Below, piece by piece: positions 1-12,124 of a DNA stretch of 64,000 bases. Made by a program: the position numbers and the translations under genes. Within the stretch, counting starts at the first letter, position 1. Every line of letters starts with the position of its first letter. The notes under the pieces were generated by a model. The model saw only the letters and a program-made list of their open reading frames with translations. It was not told the origin of the DNA and did no database searches. Location of the stretch: contig NC_092679.1 of assembly GCF_964355755.1 (NCBI RefSeq), positions 15,421,432-15,485,431 on the forward strand, in the 5' to 3' direction. The stretch comes from Antedon mediterranea (Eukaryota; Animalia; Echinodermata).

Positions 1-408
1 TGTAGGTAAGATCATTTCGTATATAGAGGCATACGATTCCTCCAACACTATTCGTACATCTATCTTTTCTTTCAATTGAATAATTTTCGATACTTATTTC
101 ACTGTTATTTACAGATTTATCCAGCCAGGACTCACTAATTGCTATTAAGGATACATCAGTCTTTTTTGCAATAGACCGAATTTCATCGATTTGTGGAAGA
201 AGGCTTCTGGTGTTCAGATGTAAACAATGGAGACCTTTGCATCTGAAGACTTCAGAAAACAATGTATCGGGGTCATCACACGAATCGTTTGTAAGAGTTG
301 ATGTATCGATATCGCGGTGGTCATTTGAAGTATCGTTAACATCAGCGTTGCTAAACGGCAGGTTTCTAAATACATATTCTTGGCATCCATATGCAAATTC
401 TTCCCCTG
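1..408 (-). mobile_element. Non-LTR retrotransposon (CR1/L2-group) ORF2 fragment, APE endonuclease N-terminus; runs off the window edge
   Basis: Manual minus-strand translation: LPFSNADVND...KGLHCLHLNTRSLLPQIDEIRSIAKKTDVSLIAISESWLDKSVNNSEISIENYSIERKDRCTNSVGGIVCLYIRNDL, containing the APE motifs HLNxRSL, ISESWL and RKDR...GG.VC.YI. Confidence 0.85.
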
Positions 409-444
409 AATGGAAGTTAACGGGAAGTTTATGCAATTTATGTT

Positions 445-554
445 GACATGCGCATAACCCATTATTTGACTCTGCGCATGTTTATTATGCTATAGTAACC
501 ATTTATGTCAAAAATAAAAGGGTCGAAATTGGATAATTATCGAAAATTTCCCTG
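445..554. mobile_element. Right end of a CAGGG...CCCTG MITE family (same family as 9510-9745)
   Basis: Near-identical to 9586-9694 (catgcgca...gactctgcgcatgtttattatgctatagtaacc...aaaagggtcgaaatt...aaaatttccctg) and followed by TA. Confidence 0.6.
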
Positions 555-1047
555 TACTACAAATAACTCAATGTGTGCTGTAGAATTGGACAATGAATTG
601 AACAACTGATTGACCAATCAGAGCAGCGGAAAGCGTTCCAAAAGTTGAACAATCAGAGCACTGAAAAGTGACGTAATCAGAGCATTAGAAAAATTGTTCC
701 AAATTTGTCATTTTGACCAATCAGAACACTGAAAAGTGACGTAATTAATATGTGACTTCAACAAGTTTTTCACAACACAAACAATGATGAGATTTTGTCC
801 AGAGACTAACATGCGACAACATCTTTTTACAAATCCTCTAGACTTATTATTATTAATTTCAAGGCGAATTCTGGTAGTAGCTGTATTCAACTCGAACGTG
901 TACTTGCATTAAAGGTAAGAGCGAAATTGATTTCATGCTTGAAATCGGCATTTAAAGTGTTGATAACTTGTTTGGCCTAGGCCTAACCTAGCCATACATA
1001 GCCTCATAGTCAATAGAAACTATGCCATGGCCTAGCAAATGTGTTTG

Positions 1048-1806
1048 TGTTATGCGCGATTTGAACGATTTGCGCAATTTGAAATTGCGCAAAAAAAATC
1101 CTTGCGCAATTTGAATTGAAACATGTGTTTCAAATTGCGCAAGCAACGTATTAAATTGCGCAAGTAATCTGCAAACTGCGCAAGGTTTTTCGACAGATTG
1201 TGAAATCATGCACACCCATATTTATATAGTAATTTCTAAGAATGATTCAAAATTAAAGATAAATATCGCATTTCCTTATTTTAGTAGTGCAAATATTGTT
1301 ATAAGTTAGCATACCGTCGAAGAACCGACGAAGGAAAACGAAGCGGTGGTGTTCCACCAGGCGGGCGCGGCGCGGGCGGCCGGCTATACTACTCTAGCCT
1401 AGCTAGGGTCTGGACTACTGATACTGACTAGGTTACATGGCCTAGCTTAAACTAATATTAAAAACTTAATTTTTACATTTATTTTGATTTATTTCAAGTT
1501 ACAGTGATAATATTATTTAATTGTAATAATAAATGTTATGTATTTATTATACACATGTTATCTTCGCATTTATTATGTTTTATTTTGAGTTATTTAGTTT
1601 CCAATAAATTATTATAATACCGTTGTCTGGTAGAATTTTGTTGCGCAATTTGAAAATTTACAGTTCGTTTTCAAATTGCGCAAAGGTGTCATATTGCGCA
1701 AGAACTATCTTGCGCAATTTACAAATTGTGCAGCGCAATTTAAAATTGCGCAAAGATTTTCTTGCGCAATTTCAAATTGCGCAAATCGTTCAAATCGCGC
1801 ATAACA
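1048..1806. mobile_element. Non-autonomous DNA transposon with TGT...ACA ends (Ginger-like)
   Basis: Perfect ~45-bp TIR tgttatgcgcgatttgaacgatttgcgcaatttgaaattgcgcaa (1048-1092 / 1762-1806), 4-bp TSD TTTG on both sides, subterminal ttgcgcaa palindrome repeats. Confidence 0.85.
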
Positions 1807-3684
1807 TTTGCATGGGTGCCGACGCTAATTCTTGTTGGCGGTAGTCTGCTCTGTGTGTGGTAAAATGCATTTGCTATTATTACTTATCCCCCTAGATAGA
1901 AAGACCTCTAGGTAGGCCTAGATCTTTTTTGGTTGCCATGAATTGTAAGTCAAACCATGGGCCTGTAAGGGCTAGGCCCTAGTAAGATGCTACCTACTTA
2001 GGGCTCCCTGTTATTTATTTTCTTCAAAACTTATCTACTACTGTAGTTTAGACTAGGCCTAGGCTTAGTTAGGGTTACCGAGAGTTGACTCCATTGTTAT
2101 TGCCACGATTCAACTCCGCGTACGTTACCATGCGCGCTATGTCATTGACGCGATTATTTGTCCATTGGTAAACACATTTTTATGTAGTATTATTCTGAAA
2201 ATAATTGAACTGTAAACATAATTCTTTTGAGTATTTATTTATTTACATATCATTCCATAAGATCAACTATTTTTTATCTTCATTACATTCAACCAAACAT
2301 GTAAAAAATGTGGTTAAAATATCTTACTGTCTAGCGCGTACGACCATACGCGGTAGATTGTTTACTCAAAAACCTTCGAACGGTCCAGTGACCTAACCCT
2401 ATTCAACCTTGTTTTTGTAGTTGAGCCTCTCATGACCTGGGATTTGTTTGTCTTCCTACGCCAAGATAATATAGTTCTACATGCCATGTGCTTTTTTCTC
2501 TGAGAAATATTTATTATAAGTGCCAAAAAAACGGTTTTTTCTCGATATGAAGCCTTTATTATTCAAATCTTTTAGAGAAAAATCAGACATACCATAAAGA
2601 AGGTCTATTTATTTCATTTTTGAAATAAAATTGTGAAAATTACGTGAGGCTCAACTACAAAACCACCATTTTGTGATATGATGTCATCGTAATCCAATCA
2701 AAGCTGAGATTTCCCGCGATCGGCAGAGCAGCTCACGGTTGAATGATTTTGGATTCTGGCTATTTGATTGGTGGACGCGAATCACCCACAGCGGAATGTT
2801 TTCTCTCGCGTGTACTGCGAAGTCACATGGTCTGTCTGTACTGATCGTTACTACACAAATTTAGAGCAATGAATTTGTACGAATTCCGTTAAATAAACAA
2901 CTTTATATATTTTGTAAACATTTAATAATATATTTTATTGATATTTCCAATGTTGATATATAAAATAAATTACTATAAAACGTAATTATATGTAATTATT
3001 TTAGCGAAAAACGGTGTGGTTCATACAATTGTCGACTGAGGGCGCAATTTGTTTACAACGTTCGTGGCCAAAAACGATCATTTTCGGCGATGTTTTAGAC
3101 CCTATATTTCGAAAACTACAAGTCAGATTTTCGTAATTCTTTCTTTATTGGAATATTGAAACAAAATACTAACATATAATATTTAAATTGGTTTAAAAAT
3201 AACAATAAGATAAGATTCTCAAATAATTTGATTGCATTAAAGGAAGTGCTCAGGGATCAAAGAGTTGATACATACACTGTTTAATAAACAAAGATTATTC
3301 AATTTACTCTAATTTATGTTGTAATTCTTTATATAGTTTTTTTAATTGAAAAATTCATTCATATGTAATATTTTCTTAATTTAATTTAGATAAAATAGTT
3401 TGTTCTTAGTAGATATGTTTTAATGCTATATGTAATTCATTTTATTAATATTTTACATACATTACATTGGTCTACTATTAATTATTACTTGAGAAATTTT
3501 AACCCACAGATATTTTATTTTATTTAGATTTGATTTTCTTTTATTTACAGCCATTTACTACAACTGCACGGTGCACAGTGGCATTATACGGGTAAAATTT
3601 TCTTTTTTCACATACTTTACTTACATATATTTTTGCCTTTGATCAGTTTTTTTAGTTTTGCAGGTGTTCAATAGACAGTACAGT

Positions 3685-6600
3685 ATGTTCAGACCAACTT
3701 TTCGGCGCAGTGAAGAGGGTGCCTTAATTCTTGAAGATACATCTGCTGCTGTAGTATTTAACAGCTTGAGAAAACGACCAACTGGCAAGTGTCTAACTCC
3801 TGATGATGTACGGCAAGATGCCTTGAAGGAGGTGTGCAGGCTGGGTGGAAATACCAAAGATGAATGTGATGTGTTGGGCTGCTACAAGTTTCAGCATAGT
3901 AAATACAGTGGACAAACATTCAAGTGGATGGTCGAAAATGTACTGGAATATGCAGTATGTTTTGTTATTAAAATGGCTAATGAAATTCCAAGTACAAGTT
4001 CACTTAGTATTAACAAATTCAACTTTAAGAGGTACTTGGAGTCTTTCCCAGAAGGCAAAGAAGCCATAGCAATGAAAGAAATAAAACGCTGCAGGAAATG
4101 CCCAACTAGACAGACATCGTACATACCTGTTGGTATTAAGCTACAAAAGGTTGAGGATGTCACAGATGAAACACTTTCTGGTACTGATGTCTTTGATGCT
4201 TCTTTGCAACCATCAACCTCATATGCACCAGGTAAGACTTATTCCATATTTGTGTTTTTTGTGCATTTTCTAAATTAATAATTTTAGGTTTTGCATTTTT
4301 AGTGCCTGTGTATGTTGTAGGCTTGCTGGGTTTACGTTTTTTTTTATGCATTCATTTATACTCAATCATAAAATCGTGTTGTTTAAATACATTGCTTTAT
4401 AGCATACTGTAGATAGCGAATGAAAGTAGTTTACTGCTAAATATTCTTTAATTTTCCGTCTTACAGCTCAACCAAATACATCTTATGAACCTGTTAGTAC
4501 TATGCCATCCACTACAATAACTATCAAACAGAGTGAAGGTAGTTTATTTCATGTAATTTTAATTATTTTGTTTGATTTTTAAAACTAGAAAATGAAAATT
4601 ACATAATGTAGTTTCATTAATTATACAATTTTGTTTTGGTTTTTCTTGCAGATTGTCTCATACCAGATAAATGGAAGAAGAACTTGCCCGAGATTGATCA
4701 GCAGTGGATTTCAAAAACCTTATTCAAGAAATCGAAGAAGGGGACCGCAGAGTTGGATTCAACTAAACTCAAACAACTTTGTTATTATCCACCTCAACCG
4801 GATCCGCTCAACAAAAACATACCCATGGCCAACAGTTACTTCGGTCATCGTCTTCTTCTTTGGTTGCCCCGCAAGACTTGGCAGGTCAAGCTGGTCTGCC
4901 CTCGGCCAGAATGCAAGAGCTATCCACTAACATCAGGCGGCCTCCATGGAATCGTTCGTCCGGTCCTGGATTTAGACTGCCACTACTTTCTTGCAACAGA
5001 GCAACTGAGGTGCTCTAATTGCAAACAAAGACAAATTGGCTGGAGTGAAAACATTTTAAAGCAACTTGATTTAGCACATCGCCTTCAGTTTCCTGTTGTA
5101 CTTTCGTATCACTTGGCCTGCGACAACCGGGTCCTGCAGCTTCTAAAGTACCGCGGTCTCGGTAACAGTCCATCACAGCTTCGCCAACAAGTCTTAGAAC
5201 AACACACAAGGCGGTGGAATGAGAGAGTGGCTCTCTACTTAGAAAATTGCAAGAAGTTCTGTGGTTCTCGTGATGATTATGTCATTGCTGCTTCTAAATT
5301 TGATGAGGTGTCTAAAATGATTCCTGTTCCCTCTGTCCAATGGTTTCTTACCATCTACTGCAACGAAGTAATGGGAAGAATCGACGAACTCAAGGCTTCT
5401 ATCACATCGACGTTCGGAAGAGTGTTGAAGATTGACTCGACCAAAAGGGTAAATAATTTATAAACAATACTATTTCTGCAATTTACTTTTAATTATTTGA
5501 ATTTTTTTTTTTTTTGCAGATTGTGGGGAAGCTTTCTTCCTAATAAATTTGTTTGGTTTTTTTTGCAGATTGTAAGGAAGCTAGCCGGTCGTGCATGTGG
5601 AACAGGAGCATGGGCAACAAACGTCGGAAATGAGTACGGCCAGGTGCTCATTACAGTCCTGACTGCTGCAGAAGGATGTGGCTTAAACAACATGACAAAC
5701 GGCATCATTAACCGATATGCTTTGGCAGGCGTACCTCCTCCCGAGATTCTCTACGTCGACCGTGACTGCTGCGGTCATTCAAGCATAAGGAAGATGTTCA
5801 GCGCCTGGCCTGACATGAAAATTCGTCTGGACATCTGGCACTTCATGAGGAGAATTGCTGCAGCTTGTTCAACAGAATCACATCAGTTGTATCCGATATT
5901 TCTCAAACGTCTTTCCGCTTGCATTTTTGAGTGGAGCGCTGACGATGTTGAACTTCTGAAGCTCGCCAAGCGTGAACAGCTCATTGCAAGCAAGAAGCAT
6001 TCCAACCCAACAGACGACATCATATTGAAAAACATCAGCAAGAAGGAGTATGCTTTACATTGTCGCAGGACAACACGAGGGACTCGCGAGACTGCCAACC
6101 TAATCCGAGAGCTGCTGACTTCCCTCGATGGTGAAGAAGGCCGTGACACAATGGGCGTCCCACTCTTAGACTCTGAACAGACCTGGGATATCTGGAGCTC
6201 ACAAGAGCGACACATCGCCTGCATCCAGGATCCAGAAGGCATCCCGCTCTACACAAAAACCAGTGAGATGCTTAAGGGTGGAGTTACCTTGCCAGTATAT
6301 CGTTGCGCAAGAGGCTCCACTTCTTTGGAATCGTTTCATCTTCACCTTAACAGGTTTATTCCAGGTACAGTATTACTTTTTATTTGGTATCTACCAAATC
6401 TTCAAACCGATCTACAGATTTTTGTATTATTTCATTATTATGGATGTTTTATTTTTTTCTCAGGTGAGCGTGCTAGCGACTTACATTTCCAAGCTTACCT
6501 GATGGATGGACTTGTTCGATGGAATGCAAACCGTGCACTAGCCGCTACCCAGTCTGGAGGACCCATCTCCAGTACATATAGTGGACTGCATCAGCATGCT

Positions 6601-8283
6601 CTCAACATACTGGCAGAGCAAGTGATTGGCAAAAAAGTGTACAAAAGTTTTATCATTCCAAACAAGTACACTGGAGAACTCATCGGAGTGGAGTACCTGT
6701 ACAACCAGTCGAACAAAGTGCTCGAAACTCAATTTCCTGTCAAAACAGATACCATTTATGATGAAGACTTTGATGAAGAAATTTACACTTTTGATGTTGA
6801 TGAAGGGTATGATGACAAGACTCAACCAGACTACAAACCACCTAAGCGTTGTTTTAAACCTCGAAATGCTAAAGAACCCTCACCACCCCAGCTGGAGCCC
6901 TTGCCTTCATGTGACGATAATGATGATGATGGTCAAGGAAAAGCAGCCCTTTTTGACACAGTGAGTTAAATTTGTGTCATTAGGTTCTACCTCACAAATT
7001 TTGTTTCTGTTTTGAAATACAATGCACGAGTCTGATTATATATTTTGTTTTCATATTTTACAATTTAGGAACTTGAGGATTCCACTGGACCGGACAACAT
7101 TCCAGGCTACGCCAAAGTTGAAGCCATGGCAGACTACCTTATGCAGTTTAAGGAAGACAGTGGAGTGATAAGTCAAAGTCATGCTGAACATGTCGCAAAG
7201 TTGTGGAACAACCTGGATGCTTATGACAAAACCATTAAGCGCAAAGCACGGCATCAAGATTACCTGACGAAAGGCAGGTTCAAGAAAAGTAAAACTACTT
7301 CCGTAATACCTGGTGTCGAAAGCACTCGACGGTAAGGCAGTTTCCAGCGTTTTTTACTTTGTTGCATGATGTGTCTTAAATCTAAGTTGTTTCTTTGGTT
7401 TTTTTTTTAAAAGATGCTTCTTAGGTCAGAACACCGGGCCAGCTCAGTGGCCGGACTGCAATCGATATATGGAGTGCATTATTACAAAACTATGTGAAGC
7501 GTATCCATCTACCGTATCTATCGAAGGTAGACGTTTCCAGCGCTGGCCGCTCATTACCAAAGGCTACAAGAACATTCGTCGGAAAGTGCTATCGAATGGA
7601 CACCTTATGTTGTTTGCTAAGCTTCAGTTGATGGAGATAAATCGTACGACACTCATCCAGTGGTGAGTTTTTACTTGTTATTGATTGTTATTTTACGCTA
7701 CAGTAAATACATTAAAGTTTTTAAATACTGTGTTTGATTTATTTTCAACAGGTACAACAGAACGTCAAAGAAGCAAGAGCGGCAAGTGTTGGAATCTGGC
7801 ATCTCGGCAACAATACCCAAACTTGTCTCTGATAAAACCCTACTTGAACCTTTAACCAAGCCAGCGGTGCTAAACGTTCATACAAGCGCTCCATCTTTCA
7901 CATTTGTCCTACCAAAAAACACTTCCGGCCTAGCGACTCAAGGAAACAGACCGTCGATCCCAGTTCCTGGCGAGATAGCAAAACCACCACCATCAGTCCC
8001 TGAGGCTAGCAGTACTCGTATTCCTAGAACTACCCTCTTGTACAGAAAACGAGTGGCTAAAGACATATCGGAAGGGAAACCGATCAAAATATACAAACCA
8101 AGAACGTCTGCGATTGTGTGCTCAAAGTGTAAGCAACCAAGATTAAATAAGAACCACACTCAGTACTATGGAAATTGGTATTGTGCTGCAACATCTGATG
8201 TGACTTTTAAAGAATGGAAATCGGCTATGGTTGCCATCCGTCGCCTTCGTCAAGAGAGGAAAAAAAAGCAGCAAAAAGAATGA
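3685..8283 (+). CDS. Intact spliced DDE transposase-like protein (DUF6729-like N-terminal part, IS256/MULE-like DxxH core, C-terminal C2HC knuckle), ~1250 aa
   Basis: Exons 3685-4231, 4467-4538, 4652-5448, 5569-6364, 6464-6960, 7069-7331, 7414-7662 and 7752-8283 are all GT-AG, phase-consistent and stop-free (3753 nt). Motifs: LKIDST (D), LYVDRDCC (D), LDIWH (DxxH), RGSTSLESFH (E), CSKC...H...WYC. Confidence 0.85.
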
Positions 8284-9509
8284 TTCCAAATGATTGTTGT
8301 AGCCATGGATAGTTTTTATACTGTTTCGTATATCTTCAATTTTTTTTTGTTCTGTGATTTTATATTCACTTTTTACAAAATATTTGTATTTTATGCAATT
8401 TGGCCATTGGGCCACCATATCTAATGGTATTCTGAATGTAAGAAGAATAATAATAAAAAAAAGTTTTTAATGCTGCCAAATCCAAAGAGCAATGATTAAT
8501 GTTGTAAATTATTTTGTAATTTTTATAAATTACATTCAGTTTTAATTATTACATTATAATTTACATTATATCATTCATTGCACTTTGTATTTGAAGGTCC
8601 CAAGCCCTTACAAAAAAAGCAGAGGGGAAACTTTTGCAGTTGAGTGTACATTAAAGGGTGAATTCTATATTCTTGTCAAGACTATTTCCTTAGTAGTGTA
8701 AATTCTCAAATATTTTATATTTATTTCAAGAGCAATTCCACTACAATTCATTTTGATGTGAATCAAATAATTCATTCCACCAATTCTAATAATATATTTT
8801 GATAATAACTCATACTATAGAGGTTATTATCCAGTAACCTTCAGTTACTCCTCTTACAGTTACACATATCCTATGATACCATGTGGCCTAGAAAAAAAGC
8901 CCCAGACAAAGTTAACGGTAATTTTGTCTAAATTTTTGAATAAGGCTAACTTATCAAACTATTTGGAATATGGTTGGCCAATCAGAAGTCAGGGTGGGTT
9001 TTTTAAATAGTTACATAGTATTTAACATATATATACAATTTTGATTGACAATTGTTCACACCCTAAAAACACAACAAAAAACGTCTCGTCATATTAAAAG
9101 AACTAACAATTAATACAACATACATATTGTAGTCGAATTTACCGTGTTTTAAAAACAAAATTCATGTACTGTAGTACAAGGATTTTTCGAAAATTGGATA
9201 AAAAAATGTCGACTTTCTCAACTTTTAACAAAAAATTTAAGTCTTATTATTCTATTATTTAATATTTTTATTCATTTAATACATCGATCATGTGATAAAC
9301 CCCTAAAATTGACAGTTTTTAGTATGCCGGTATTCAAAACAACCTCCTAGATTCTTGGGTCCCATTGGCCAATTGTCTAGTTTCCTCATTATCTAATGAC
9401 TCAGTCCAATTCAGTTTTAATGACCCCACATGGCTCTGTCCATTTCTTGTCCATTTATTTTTGCGTTCTTTACCGTTTCGAGTGATAAGATTGAGCTGTA
9501 CCCTTAGCG

Positions 9510-9745
9510 CAGGGATTTTTTCAAAAAATTGCCAAATTTCGACCTTTTTATTTTTCGCTCAAAACTGTTTACTATAGCATAATTTACATGCGCAAAACCC
9601 ATTATTCGACTCTGCGCATGTTTATTATGCTATAGTAACCATTATGTCAAAAAATAAAAGGGTCGAAATTTCACCAATTTTCGAAAATTTCCCTGTACAG
9701 GGATTTTTTCCAAAAATGGCAAAATTTCGACCTTTTATATTATCT
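9510..9745. mobile_element. CAGGG-ended MITE (9510-9694) followed, across a TA, by the left end of a second copy
   Basis: cagggattttttcaaaaaattgccaaatttcgacc ... ggtcgaaatttcaccaattttcgaaaatttccctg, then TA, then cagggattttttccaaaaatggcaaaatttcgacc. A degenerate end also occurs at ~9177. Confidence 0.65.
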
Positions 9746-12124
9746 ATTCACTGTGTTGGTATGTACATATTCTGGATGTTCTATTCGAACTACTATGTTC
9801 GGATTGCTGTGGCGATGAAAAAAGTCATAGCCAATAATAGTAAGATTTGTTAGACGCGTATCCACCAAAGTTCTCAAGGCGCCTGTGAAAAACCAATGGA
9901 CACTCATCCGTAAACTTAAATCAGGCAAAAAACATAATTGCATTGTGTTTACCAGTTAAGGCGCATAGACTGGCTAGTACATATTTAGTATATTCTCAGT
10001 TTTCTGAGTACCTAGAGAACAAAAAACAAAATGATACATTGCCAACATAAATAACATAATTAATCAAAATTATATAAAATAACATAACATTACTGATCCA
10101 ACAATTTGATTACTTGTAAAACCATCGATCTCATAGTTTGAAAAACTTTGCATTTATTTGGTACCTAATACACATATTAAAATATTGACCTTTGACCTTA
10201 TGTCAACTGATGAAAATGATGAATGTGCTCTTTTACAGAGCGTATGATTATATTAACAGGATGACTCTCAATTGCGGAGGATATTTTTTCACAAGGAGAT
10301 TAAATAGATACCGATAATCATAAAAATGTAATAAAAGACCAAGTGGTGCTTCAATAAATTCGAAAAATGTCAACGATACAGTAATTTAAATTAGTAACGT
10401 CGAAAAATAAAAGGGTCAAAATATGGCTATTTTTTTAACAATTCAATTATGATTTATTTTTGTATATTCATTTGTTTTCTTGCTTCGCATGATTGCCACT
10501 TCAAGCGGTCTTCTGCCTTCATTTTTGGCAAATAAATTCCAAAATACGAAATTTATAATAATAAATGAAAAACTAATACTGGTAATATCTAGAAGTATGG
10601 TTTACGGAAGTTCTTATCAAGGTCATTCATTCAGCAAAATGATATTGTGCCTGCTTCTTCACAACAGTTTCGTTAGGAAAGTATTCACCGATGTGTGTCT
10701 ACGGTAAATTTTAAAGGTAAGGTTGCATGTTTCGTCATGGTGATGAAAGTGCTTTGATATTTATAATTGTAACTTATTTATGATGTTTGGCTACCACTCC
10801 AAGGGTCCTGGGTTTAAGTCCTGTCACATGTCAGGATTTTTTCTAAGGACAAAATTACAACTCCACTTTTAATAAGACTTTGTTTATGTAGAGAATCTTG
10901 TGTATATGTTTGGCTTGTGAACCTCTGAGCGTCCCTAATGATCAGCTATTGCTGGATGGATCACCTTCATTAAATATGTTCAAAAAAAGTTTACATTGCG
11001 CCTGTATTTCAGTACTGGTGGCCTGATGATAAAAACATCATAGCCTAAAATGGGTGTAGTATTTAAGAATACATTCCGTATAAAACGTATACGCTGGTGT
11101 TGATACGGACTTTACTCCGGCTACCAAAACCGAATTCTGGCAGCCTTATTTTGTTTAACCATAACCTCATGGAAAAAAATGCTTTCGGCCTCAATGCAAA
11201 CGTAGGCATATAATTTACTAGACCAATATTATGTTTAATTAAACCGTATAATGGGTAAAATCCAATTACCATTAGTTATACGGTAAATGTAAAATAAATG
11301 TTGAGGCACATGTAGGCATATTTCCCCGAATAATTATTTATTACTTAAAGATAACATAACAATTAAGATCATTTCATCATTTTTAAACCGCAAAGTGATG
11401 AAAAATTTAATATTCTGAGGAGCGGTACGAAAATGATAGGCTTAAGCCAATTATTGGGACACTCGGAACCCGTATTACTTCCGTGAGGAGCAAGCCCCTT
11501 CCGGAGAAGGTCATAACCCGCCTAAAATGTATAATTATAATGGAAATTCTATAATATCCTACTATAAAGAGTTTCCATTGGAATTATTGTCTAATTTTAA
11601 TGTATAGTAGAGAGTACTCTAGCTCTACTATCGCAAACGTTTCACCTCGTGAGATTAAATATCCTATCGTTTTGTTAAGGAATTCAACCAGTTAGGAAAT
11701 TGATACATGTACAGATATATAAGGGTACTAGTATATTTAAAATTGCTTCCAAACATACGTTGTATATTTACGAGGACGTTGTTAAATAGATTTGATTTCT
11801 ACACTTTATAAAATTATGTTGATGATGATTTCCACAACTTTTCATTCTTAACGGGTAAAAGTGTGTTTTTAGAAACAAAATGGGTCCATAATATTATTTC
11901 CACAAGACTGTTCGATCAAGGCTATATTTACGTCCTCGTCCAATCAACCTTCACGTCCTACCATGAATTATAACCTCCAAAGTATAATCATTATCATACT
12001 CACATAAATTAAAATGTAATAAATATTATCATTGATAGTGAAAGTGCATTGTGTAGAACTCGTAGCTTACATACAATGACACTGTCATACTAAACAGTGT
12101 AAGGTCTTCTTGTTTATAGGAACA

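Noticed and set aside
600-760. Repeated CCAAT boxes (ccaatcagagca...aaagtgacgtaa) as a promoter
   Set aside because: Degenerate tandem repeats among transposon fragments with no adjacent gene start.
5497-6969. 490-aa ORF as a stand-alone protein
   Set aside because: It starts in an intron and reads through a 99-bp in-frame intron (6365-6463); it is part of the spliced transposase.
2393-8949. Candidate piggyBac-like ends around the transposase: CTAA|ccctattcaa ... ttgaataagg|CTAA
   Set aside because: Only a 9/10-bp inverted match with no extension; plausible by chance in AT-rich flanks, so not called as element ends.
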